A DNA stretch of 63,553 bases, the filler included, from Lenisia limosa (taxonomy: Eukaryota > Protista > Breviatea), in the NCBI GenBank assembly GCA_001655205.1. It is 13 parts of 13 records of this genome, joined end to end, with 100 filler letters (N's around TTAATTAATTAA, not from the genome) between each part and the next. Parts side by side here need not be neighbours in the genome. Positions count along the whole stretch, not along the records: positions 28,199 to 38,113 come from LPNZ01006050.1; positions 38,214 to 41,811 come from LPNZ01000701.1; positions 41,912 to 43,257 come from LPNZ01005116.1; positions 43,358 to 45,238 come from LPNZ01007395.1; positions 45,339 to 61,812 come from LPNZ01003028.1; 8 more parts are not named here. One strand, written 5' to 3'. Position 1 is the first letter of the stretch, and every line of letters begins with the position of its first letter. Made by a program: the position numbers and the translations under genes. Shown piece after piece: positions 38,101 through 48,525 of the stretch. The notes beneath the pieces are model-generated. The model worked only from the letters and a program-made list of their open reading frames with translations, was not told the DNA's origin and searched no databases.

Positions 38101-38214
38101 TAGATGACAAAAGNNNNNNNNNNNNNNNNNNNNNNNNNNNNNNNNNNNNNNNNNNNNTTAATTAATTAANNNNNNNNNNNNNNNNNNNNNNNNNNNNNNN
38201 NNNNNNNNNNNNNA

Positions 38215-41200
38215 CAGAAGAGGAAGGAGAGTCCGGATCCAGCCTTCAGGCAGCACCACAATGCGGCTTTTAACCCATGGGGCATGGGGCATGGGGTGAA
38301 TGGCAATGTAAAAAATAAAATAAGAAACCCATAGATGATACAAACACAATGACCATGAATTTGAAGTTATTCAAACGATCAACAACGAGTTATCTTTTTA
38401 TACACCTTAAAAATAGCACTGCATACATGTTTTCTGATGTGGTGAGGGCGACTTGCATGTCTGTCACCTCCTTCTCAAGCTCGGCTATGTGGGACTTCAA
38501 AGTGCTTATCTGAACTATGAAAAAACGCAGAAGAACCCCTTTTGTCATCTAAGTCTAAAACTGGAGAAACAGCAAAGGAAAAGATAAACAAACCACAAGC
38601 GCTCCCTACAATTAATTGGAAAATTAATTGCAAAATTTGAAGTGAGACATTGTCATGAGAACTCCATTTCAGACACTTTAATTTCAAACTTTGTCGATTA
38701 ATTTCTTCACAAAATTAATCGCACGGAGCCCTACACACCTCCAGACCTTGTTGTCTCTGGATGCGATCTGATCGACGGCCTTGTTGATTTTCGTGGCCAT
38801 TCGGAGGGCGTCTTCGTCCTTGGCAGCCAGGCCGGCCTTGAGCTGCTCCGTTTCAATTCGGTCGCGGGTCAGTCTGGGTAACTTAAAACACTGGTATAAT
38901 ATCATAGAGTATCTGATGTCATAGAGTGTCAAATATCGTGATGGAAGCTAACATCGAGCTGCCAAATCACATAATCCATCCCGTTGTTTTTAAGGAAATG
39001 TTGTAGCAACAAGTTAAACGGCCCAAAGCCAAAAATGCCATGATGTTAAGAATAGGCTTACCCCCCCTCCCCCTCCAACTGCTGTGAAAAAGAGGCTCTC
39101 TCGTCGTTGGCTTTGGCGAGGGCAGTTTCTAGAGTGGAAATTCGACCCTATTGTGTAATACCAGACATAATGTTGGCTTGCGAAGTCAAAACGGATTGAA
39201 ATGAACTGGAATCCATGATAGCTAGGGCTTCATTTTGCTTCGAAAAAGACCAAAATATCGATAGTTTTCGAGGATTTATCGATAAATTCAGTATTTGTTT
39301 CGAACCGAAGTGAAGCCCTAATGAGAGCAAATGTGAAATACATCTTACAAAAGTGTAATACCATGTTTCCCTTCAGATTAAACCGAATATCGATTGACTT
39401 ACTACCCCCCCCCCACAGCTAGTGTTCTAATGATACCCCCGGCCTGGGTTGCTGTTGTAGATGACGTTACCGGTGCTACAGGGTGAGGAAACAAGAGGTA
39501 ATTGCTATTTATACATCATTTATGAGTGGAGCTTCTCAAGGAATGTCCCGCTAAATCTGAGATAAATGCCAGAACATGCTTTAACGGTCTTCAGAGAAAG
39601 GTCCACACAATACAGTGAATATCAATGGGAGTAGGTACGTACCCTCAGGAGACCCAGCGCAGCTCTGTGTAGATCTGGCAGCCTAGACAATCAAACAGTG
39701 TGGTTAAGGCAGGGGGCCAACGATCACGATAAAGTGACGATCCCCGATTTCCATAAATATCACTACGATCTGAGCGGAGATCTTGACCCCGATCTTATAT
39801 ATTGGGCTATCTTCATATGACAAAACCCATATAATGATATCGAGAACAACCTTGCCACTACGAACTTGGAATACTCTTGATATCGAACTCATTTAAGATT
39901 GTAAAAATGCTACACAATTAGGGCTTCACTTCGGGTCCAGAAAAGACTGAATGTCTCGATAAATATTCGAAAATTATCGATATTTTACTGGTATTTTTCG
40001 AACCGAAGTGGAGCCCTATACAAATGCCCCTTTTCCGTAATGCGTGCCCCTTGGTTAACACCTACAGAGTGGGTGTTGAAGTGTGGAGGCGGTCCGAACT
40101 GCTGTCTCGAAGGCGTGATGGGCAGGCTCTCCCTCTTCATTGTTCGGTCTCTTTGTTGTGGCGTAAAGACCAGCGGAGACTCGGGCTGTGTGAATGTGAT
40201 TGGGCTCTGTACCTCAATCTGAACAATCATACCAAGCCTCCCTTCAAACATACGCCATTACCCAAACAATCCCTTCAAACATACGCCACTACCCAAGCCT
40301 CCCTTCAAACATACGCCATTACCCAAACAATCCCTTCAAACATACGCCTTTACCCATGCATCCCTTCAAGCATACGCCTTTACCCAAGCATCCCTTCAAA
40401 CATTTGAGTGGTTTTCTTGGGCTTTTGACTCGGTAAACGAAAAGGTCAATCCTGGGGGAGAGGGGGGTAAAGTTGGAAAATTTATGAAAAAAAAAACCCC
40501 AGAATCATCTGTTGGCTAGCATTTGGAAAGCACACAAGGGTTAAAAACAACAAAACAAACAAAGCCCAAATCAATTCTGTTGGCGAGAAACACGAGGGTT
40601 GAAAACAAAAACAAAGCCAAGGCCAGTCACTTCTGTAGCACCTCATCCCATCACTCATGAAAGGTGGAATCCTCCCAATAGTATAATGTCAACTTCTTTC
40701 AATATGATGGACATGACAGGTGGCATTTATATGATGGACATAACAGGATGGACGGCCAGATGGAACGGCTTGTAATCCGGCTCACCTGGAGCTGGAGGTG
40801 TCATTTTCGGCTTGGGGATGGTGGAAGATGCTGAGAAAGAGTCAGGAAAGAGAAAATACAAATAATCCGAAAAATTATCATTTCATTGATGATAAAGAAC
40901 ATAAAAATGAAAAATTCACCCATCAGGCTCACGGAAGGACGGAGTGAGGGAGCGTGACAGTGAAATGCGCAACAGGGAGGACCGAATCATTGTGACCGTT
41001 GTGAGTGCCATACTTATCGCCTCCTGTTATGTCACTTTGAAGAGAGGTGTGGTTCGTTGTTAACTTAACAGCATTCCGCAAAAAGTGATTCTAACCAAAG
41101 GGCAACAGCCCAAATGTAATTACTATTGTTGTTAGTATTGCCATGTCCCATATATTTTTGAGCTCAATGATCCTGAGATCTGCGGCAGTCTAGTCCAATA

Positions 41201-41290
41201 CCCACAGCAGCATTTGTGGTAGAGGCGCTGAGTGCTGCAACGAGTTCAACCCCCGCCGGGTTACTGGGCAAGGCCGTCAATGCACATGCA
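38215..41290 (-). CDS. Hypothetical coiled-coil protein, partial, many exons
   Basis: Exons ISTLKSHIAELEKEVTDMQVALTTSEN, RIETEQLKAGLAAKDEDALRMATKINKAVDQIASRDNK, GRISTLETALAKANDERASFSQQLE, IEVQSPITFTQPESP..., IDLFVYRVKSPRKPLK, each flanked by AG/GT. Confidence 0.5.
39223..39320. mobile_element. 100-bp MITE family B
   Basis: TAGGGCTTCATTTTGCTTCGAAAAAGAC...TTCGAACCGAAGTGAAGCCCTA. Confidence 0.85.
39919..40018. mobile_element. 100-bp MITE family B
   Basis: TAGGGCTTCACTTCGG...TTCGAACCGAAGTGGAGCCCTA. Confidence 0.85.
40231..40382. repeat. Intronic minisatellite, ~31-32-bp unit x ~5
   Basis: Unit CCCTTCAAACATACGCC(A/T)TTACCCAA(ACAAT/GCCT/GCAT) in direct tandem. Confidence 0.9.
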
Positions 41291-41911
41291 GTCTTAGGAA
41301 ATAAAAAAAAAGAAAGGGGGGGGGGGCTCAGAAATGAGAAACCAAAAACACGATTTGCTGCAAAAATGTGGCTAACACCATTTTTATTCAAGATACGGAG
41401 CAATAAATAACCTTGGATATAAGTATGTTTTGCCCATTAGGTAACCCATGAAATTCATAACACCCAAACTATATCATATAGTATATGACTGATTTCAATA
41501 TTTACAATTATGTAGATAACAAGCATTTTGCACCCCCCCCCTCTACCCAAAAGGCGAAGTGGCGGCTATTTTCTCTGACATACGCAATGACAGCGGTCTG
41601 TTCGCTTTAGTTGAGAGAAGGAATAATGGGCAGGAATAAACATGATAACGAACGGGGTTGATAGAACAGATTGAACTCATAAACATGAAGCAAAAAAGAA
41701 CACCAAGGAAACATTGCCCAGGAAAGAACACAAAGGAAACATTGCCAAGGAACTCTATTTCATTGCACCAGTCAGCACCACATTAAACACACCGGCGGAG
41801 CACCGAGAGAANNNNNNNNNNNNNNNNNNNNNNNNNNNNNNNNNNNNNNNNNNNNTTAATTAATTAANNNNNNNNNNNNNNNNNNNNNNNNNNNNNNNNN
41901 NNNNNNNNNNN

Positions 41912-42041
41912 TGCAGAAGCGACTGGCCTCGGCTTTGTTTGTTTTTTGTTCTCAACCCTCGTGTGTTGTCAGCCAACAGAGTTGATTTTTTGTCGTTTCA
42001 TAAATTTTCCAATTTTACCCTTCCACCCCCTCACCCTTCAG
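41912..42041 (+). repeat. Dispersed intronic repeat family E (representative). Other copies 1-86, 17730-17815(-), 17986-18200(-), 23311-23528, 25030-25230, 26234-26287, 27170-27300(-), 40452-40640(-), 44080-44155(-)
   Basis: Consensus GCAGAAGCGACTGGCC.GGCTTTGTTTG...TCAACCCTCGTGTGTTGTCAGCCAACAGAGTTGATTTTGGGC.TTTTGTTTCATAAATTTTCCAATTTTACTCCCCCTCCC(Y)AG. Confidence 0.88.
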
Positions 42042-42397
42042 GGCTGGAGAGCTTCAGGCGGGTAGTCATCATTTCAAGGTCAGTTTGCGAGATCTGAAAG
42101 GGCTTCACTTCGGTCCGAAAAAGACCTATTAAACAGCAATAGTTTTCGAGGATTTATCGAGAAATTTCATCTTTCTTAGAACCGAAGTGAAGCCCTAATC
42201 TGAACTATTTGTCATACAAACTCGTGGATTTGAACGAGAATACACGCTTTATCGACAAAAATTTATGAGTCCTGTCAGTCCAACGGTTTTAGGTGACATT
42301 CGAGTCAGTTGACGAGGTTGCCTACGCTGGCTACGGCCCAACAAGGGACATCACGATGCATGGGGCTGAGATTCTCGCTGTGCGGAAGAGGATGTAG
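42042..42397 (+). CDS. 3' end of an unidentified gene (two exons)
   Basis: LESFRR|VTFESVDEVAYAGYGPTRDITMHGAEILAVRKRM*; phase-compatible intron containing a MITE. Confidence 0.45.
42098..42197. mobile_element. 100-bp MITE family B
   Basis: AGGGCTTCACTTCGGTCCGAAAAAGAC...GAACCGAAGTGAAGCCCTA. Confidence 0.85.
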
Positions 42398-43499
42398 CGC
42401 TGTTGCTGAATTCATGATAAATACACACTATGTAGTTCTGGTGGTTTTCTGCTGGTAATTCGTTGGAGGTTAATGTATACNNNNNNNNNNNNNNNNNNNN
42501 NNNNNNNNNNNNNNNNNNNNNNNNNNNNNNNNNNNNNNNNNNNNNNNNNNNNNNNNNNNNNNNNNNNNNNNNNNNNNNNNNNNTGCTTGGGGATTTCCCT
42601 CAGTGCACGTAGTATACCAATTTATGATAGTATTATTTGGTGACCCCCGAAAGGGCCGGTTCTCAGGCAACGCAGAATGCTTAGCTATACAGGTCCCATC
42701 AGAAATATATAGTACCTTCGCCCCAACCTCCCTTTGGCAGCGGTCAAGTCATAATGGTCTCTGTATTGTAAGGCTCGGTCTCTTACTCTTTTTGTCTCGC
42801 TGTTTTTTTTTCAATATTGTTCTCAAATGCTTCAATTACTCACTTCAGTGCTCTTAAACAGTTGAATTAATCCCACTCAAAACTTAGCCGATATTTGTTC
42901 TATGTGACGCTACACACGCTATTCTAGACAGCCAATTTGATCTATAATCTATATCACAGAGACTACCTAATAAATATCAGGCTGTAGTGCTCACCGGACG
43001 CTGAAATGTGAGAGGCAGCAAATACGATTTCATTTTGGTTACAATAAATGGCCAAATTCTCAATAAATCTCCATAAATATCGGATGGTACTTGAACAAAA
43101 AAGATATATGACACCATCCTATGGCCTCTTATCCTCATTCATACCCCCACGAACACCTTTCATTCATCCCCTTCTTAATTTTGCAATGTTATTCATGTAT
43201 TACATATGTTATCAGGGTATTCTCTCTGTCGTCTAGAATTCAGAAACAGTATTTACCNNNNNNNNNNNNNNNNNNNNNNNNNNNNNNNNNNNNNNNNNNN
43301 NTTAATTAATTAANNNNNNNNNNNNNNNNNNNNNNNNNNNNNNNNNNNNNNNNNNNNGGGAATAATAAGAAGGATTAATGCTAGGAAAATGATATGCCAG
43401 GAAAACGAGAAAGGATTAATGATCGTTGATAAATGAAAGGAAAAAGACAGTCAAGCCTCTTCAGATCAAATCGAAACATTCACGTCAAGACCCCCCCTC

Positions 43500-45220
43500 A
43501 CGCCAAGAGCCTTGGCGCTGAGCACTTGGAGACGCGAGAGGGAGTTGCTGAAGTATGCCGCATCCTCCCAGGCATCCATGTCTGGGAGGGGAGGGGGGGG
43601 GGGGNNNNNNNNNNNNNNNNNNNNNNNNNNNNNNNNNNNNNNNNNNNNNNNNNNNNNNNNNNNNNNNNNNNNNNNNNNNNNNNNNNNNNNNNNNNNNNNN
43701 NNNNNNNNNNNNNNNNNNNNNNNNNNNNNNNNNNNNNNNNNNNNNNNNNNNNNNNNNNNNNNNNNNNNNNNNNNNNNNNNNNNNNNNNNNNNNNNNNNNN
43801 NNNNNNNNNNNNNNNNNNNNNNNNNNNNNNNNGTGAAAACGGAAAAGAAACAAAAAAAAATACTTCTGTTGGCTTCACATTCGCAAAACACACCATGGTT
43901 TTATAAAAAGCCCGGACCAGTCGTGGGGGTTGGGATAAAAAAAATGTAAAAGGCAGCACGCGGCCTACCTCCTGGGCTATTCAGTCTGTACGCTTTGGCC
44001 ATATTGGAGAGGTCGTGGAGCATGGCTTTGAAAGACGGATATTGGTTCGACAACACTCGGGCCTCTACCATCCGAATGTCTAGGGGGAGGGGGAGTAAAA
44101 TTGGAAAATTTATGAAAAAGCGCAAAATCAACTCTGTTGGCTGACAACACACAAAGTTATATCAACTAAGCATATTTTTATCTACGTTCCTCTATTGGGG
44201 GCTGTGAGATCCCATGCATCAAATATCCGCTTGAGATGCGTTAAATAAAATATAATTATTGTGTTATAACACAATATACCGTTGCCCAATACCCCATTAT
44301 TTACAGCCCGTTCACCATGACAGTAGGGGGTTATTTGCTCTTTCTTTGGTTAATCAACAATTATGTTGGTTTTCCATGGTTTTATTTAATAATCGCTGTC
44401 ACATTATATTATATTAGATTAGATTACATTAGTTACATACTAGGTCAAGGCTGGTATTATAACAAAATATAATTGATACTATACAGTGACCGAGAAGTGT
44501 CTTGGCCGATTTGATTATGATTTCCCAAGGAGAATTGGTCAAGACTTACCCCGGTAACTGTTTATGCATATCATATGTGGTTATGGGAGAGGGTGGTTGT
44601 GTGTGTACGGAGGGTTATTGTTTTTGAAAATGAGAGGATAATCACGAAAAAGTGTTCCGGACAGCAATATGAAGAAGAGTGTTCCGGACAGTAATACTGT
44701 GGCATATCATATCCCAAGGCAGAAAGAGGAACCTACCAGGACATCTATAGGGTGACACTGCTTCAGTACCATGTTGCAACTCAAGGAGAATCCTGGAGTG
44801 TTACTGGAACAATATTGCTGTGTACTTCGTAGGGCTTCCCTACGGTCCGAAAAAGACTGGTAAAATATCAATAGTTATCGAGGATTTACCGAGAAATTCG
44901 GTTTTTTTTGGGACCGTAGGGAAGCCCTAGTAACTCGCCATTCTATGCTGGGGAGGCACACAAAAAGCTGTGTGTACAAAGTTGGAAGGCAAATGATTGG
45001 GTGAATTAATATAATACTATAATTCAATATCTCCAGTGATGGTGTGGACGGCTTCGGCCAGATTATACTATGAGCAACAATGTATCATTTTGAGGCCCTT
45101 TCTCACTTGCTGGTGATTTTGTTCTGTCTGAGGGTGTGGAGCGCTTGGAGACAAAGACGTTGGAAGGGGGTGTAGAGCACGGGGGAGAGTCGTAACCGTC
45201 CATGCTGCAGTGTGTGAGGT
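43500..45220 (-). CDS. Unidentified multi-exon gene fragment
   Basis: Exons HGRLRLSPVLYTPFQRLCLQALHTLRQNKITSK|, DIRMVEARVLSNQYPSFKAMLHDLSNMAKAYRLNSPG|, DMDAWEDAAYFSNSLSRLQVLSAKALG|. Confidence 0.45.
44482..44562. mobile_element. ~80-bp MITE family C
   Basis: TACAGTGACCGAGAAGTGTCTTGGCC...GGTCAAGACTTACCCCGGTAACTG. Confidence 0.7.
44830..44929. mobile_element. 100-bp MITE family A (best-preserved copy)
   Basis: TAGGGCTTCCCTACGGTCC...GGACCGTAGGGAAGCCCTA: perfect 19-bp inverted ends including TA. Confidence 0.9.
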
Positions 45221-45702
45221 GGTGTGCGAGTAGTCTTTNNNNNNNNNNNNNNNNNNNNNNNNNNNNNNNNNNNNNNNNNNNNTTAATTAATTAANNNNNN
45301 NNNNNNNNNNNNNNNNNNNNNNNNNNNNNNNNNNNNNNGATACAAGGGCAGTATTGAATTTCTGATGAATTCTGATCAACAAGTCTACTGAGGAACTGTG
45401 GCCCGTCGTTTTTATTTTCCTATTCATAGCTGACGCAAAAAGAAGTAATACGAAGAGAAACCCCCCTCCAACTGAAACCGAACCAGACCCAAAAATGTTT
45501 CCCTAGGCTAGTGTACTCCCACGTGTGGGTGGTGTGACAGAGGTCTTTTGGATCAGTTTCGTGCAGCCAGACCACCAACGAGAAGTTCTCTCTCTAAAAA
45601 TATTTGTTTTGCTTTTTTGCTTTGAAGCTAAGGGTGCTTCGCGTTGTGAAAAGCCGAAGGGTGCCTTGATAGTAGTGTACAACATGCATTAGACCTTAGA
45701 CT

Positions 45703-48192
45703 TTAGCGACGACCGGGATGAACTTGACCTTGTTCAGAAGGAAGAGCGGCACCACCCTGAGCCATCCCATTGGCACCCATCTGTACAATTAGTCACATCA
45801 TTACTATCCGGCTCAACCTTACCTGGGCAGCTTCTGATCTAGGGTTGCGGATGGTCTCGTCAATCGATAGAATGAGGCAAGCAGCTTCAGTGGCGGCAGT
45901 GAGGGCGTTCACCTGGACAAGTCAAAACCGCCAACAAAAGGCGCCTCTAACCTTAACGAGAGCAGGCTCCCAGATGAACTTGGCGAAAGTGTCACAGATG
46001 TCTCCGTTCTCAATGTCAACTCCTTGCCAGTTGACTACATGGTGAGAACCTGATTGTGACAGCGCAGAGCACGAACCGTCATCACGATGTACGCTTCGGA
46101 GCTTGCTGAGGATGTCGGTGGAATCGAAACCAGCGTTCTCGCACAACTGACGAGGGACAATTTCCATGGCCTTTGCATAGGCACGGAAGAGAAGTTGGTC
46201 GCGTCCGGCAATGGTTCGACTGTGGGCAAGAAGGGTACGGTGGATCTAAACAAAGGATTATTAAAAATTCCTGAGTCACAAGAAGTCACAAGAAGATACC
46301 ATGACACTCACCTCCATCTCAATGGCTCCGCCACCTCCGACGACAGTGGCGTTCTTGATGGCTCTTCTGACAATCATAAGGGCGTCGTGGAGAGAACGCT
46401 CAGACTCATCAATGAACTGTTGGGCACCTCCACGGAGGATGATAGTCACGGCCTAGGTGGTGATACTTTTTCCTTTTAAAGGGTGCTTACTCTAGCCTCA
46501 GGGCAGCCTTGGAAGAAGTTGAAGCGTTCGCCACCAACCATGCGCTCCTCAAAGATAGCACACTTGCCTAAAGATATTACTCGGAGCTAGCCACGGGTGC
46601 AGTCATAAACAAAAAAAGAAAAGGAACACGAGCCTACCAAGAGACTCGGGGTTGACATCAGAAACGGTAGTGAGAGTACGAGTACCGATGGCAAGCTGGG
46701 GGCGTCAAAAGAGCTTTTCAGCCTTCAGAAAGGTGATTGCAATAAGGCAAACCTCAAGACGCTTCATGTCATCAGCAGGCACGCGGCCAGCACAGAAGAT
46801 GCCACGATCAGCAAAGTACTGCGTAGCAAGATCGCCGATGGGAAGCTTAGAGAGGACAACCTGGAGGGTGAGCACTAAATCGTACCGGATGGTTTACAAA
46901 CCTTGGCACCTGAAGCAACGATCTTCTCGAGGATGTCGTAAATGAGGCTCCATTCGGCATCAACAATTTTCTAATGAAGTTAGTGGAGCAAATCTATTAC
47001 CCTACCTGATAATCAGCAACATCCTTGATTTCAATCTCGGAGTTGTCACGGAGAGATTTATGCTAGAGAGAAGTGAGAGCCTGTAGATTCAGGAATGACT
47101 GAATGGCCAATGCACGAAAACCAACCTCAAGCTCGATGTTCAGAAGAATGACTCGGGGGTTCTCAAACTTCTTGGGCTGCTGTTCGAAACCGGCGTAGGA
47201 GAAGGTCTTCTTGAAAGCAATACCCTCGACGTACTGAGAGTCCTGGAGACCACCACCCACAACCTTCTTGATAGCAACGTTGTCAAGGTTAAGTCCCTCC
47301 TGTATGGGTAAGTGCGTGATCTTATCAACAAAAAAAAATAAAAGATAAAAAAAAAACAGCTTACATCCTTGAGATGATAGATAGCGTCAACAACCATGTT
47401 GGAGAACATAGTGCTGTGACTCTTGATGAGTTTGGAGCTGGGGAAGGGTGAGGAAAGGCCATCTTTGACTTGGGGGAATGAAAAAAAAAAAAAAAANNNN
47501 NNNNNNNNNNNNNNNNNNNNNNNNNNNNNNNNNNNNNNNNNNNNNNNNNNNNNNNNNNNNNNNNNNNNNNNNNNNNNCACGTTCTTCCTGCTTGTTTTCC
47601 TTCTCCATAGACACGGAAAGCTCCTTAACACGAGCAACAGACATATTGCCAGCAGCACGAACAGCGGAAATAATGTTTTGGGGGTGAAGACCATCCTCAA
47701 CGAATGGTTTGCAGACCTTAAGAAGCTCACAAGCGAGGAGAGCAACAGACGTTGTACCATCACCAACCTAAACTCGTCAAAACATCTTTAAATACCACCA
47801 AAAGTGAAATGGAACCCACCACGTTGTCCTGGGACTTGGCAATATCAACAAGAGTTCTAGCGGCAGGGTGGTCGACATTGAGAAGTTTAAGGACTGTAGC
47901 GCCATCATTTGTAATTGTAACTCTTCCCTCTTTGTCATGGATAAGCTTATCCATGCCACGGGGGCCAAGAGTAGTTTTGATAATGTCTCCAATGACAGCA
48001 CAAGCGTTGATATTGGAAACAATCTGTGATTTGCCTTGGCTGGCATCAGTTCCTTCACGGAGAAGAATGATCTGAGGTTGCTACAAGAACGTTAAAAAAA
48101 ATATCCAAGCTTTTCCTATTTAATTCCTCAGACAATTCACAAAATCAACCTACCATGCCACCAGGCAGGGCGCCAGGCATCATAGCACTCAT
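45703..48192 (-). CDS. CCT7: T-complex protein 1 subunit eta (CCT/TRiC)
   Basis: [27 protein letters not shown]...[11 protein letters not shown]...[16 protein letters not shown]; VGDGTTSV; [20 protein letters not shown] (eta-specific); [17 protein letters not shown]; [19 protein letters not shown]; WEPALVK. All introns GT-AG. Confidence 0.97.
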
Positions 48193-48525
48193 TATGCGTT
48201 AGTTTCAAGGAAAAGAAAAATAAACTTTTACAAATAATACAATAGACCTGATTAATTAATAGCAAATAAGAGCTAAATGACGGTAAGAGGGAGGTTGACT
48301 CAAAAAAAAAGTCGTTAAAAGGGCGGGTATTTTTGTCACGTGCAAATCAAAACTAATCACCTCAACTCCGATGACGCAATTCCAAAACATTCCCTGGCGG
48401 GGCTACCACTGAAAATCTCAGGAACCAAAACAATCATCCATCCCCCTACCTAATCAAAAGTATATGGCTGCAATAATGAATGAACCTTTAAAAACCAATT
48501 GGAGTGTCCTCCTCCCTCCTCAAGC

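Noticed and set aside
40231-40382. 31-bp repeats as a CRISPR-like array
   Set aside because: Units are directly adjacent with no unique spacers, lie in a eukaryotic intron, and no cas genes are present.
42648-42668. CCC-GAAA-GGG hairpin as part of a structured ncRNA (RNase P/MRP, SRP)
   Set aside because: Only a short GNRA hairpin; no other conserved elements recognisable.
45360-45392. TGATGA...CTGA as a C/D snoRNA
   Set aside because: The boxes are under 30 nt apart, there is no terminal stem, and the second copy of the adjacent 33-mer lacks box C.
45770-46945. Long plus-strand ORFs opposite CCT7
   Set aside because: Antisense shadows of a strongly codon-biased gene; no independent signals.
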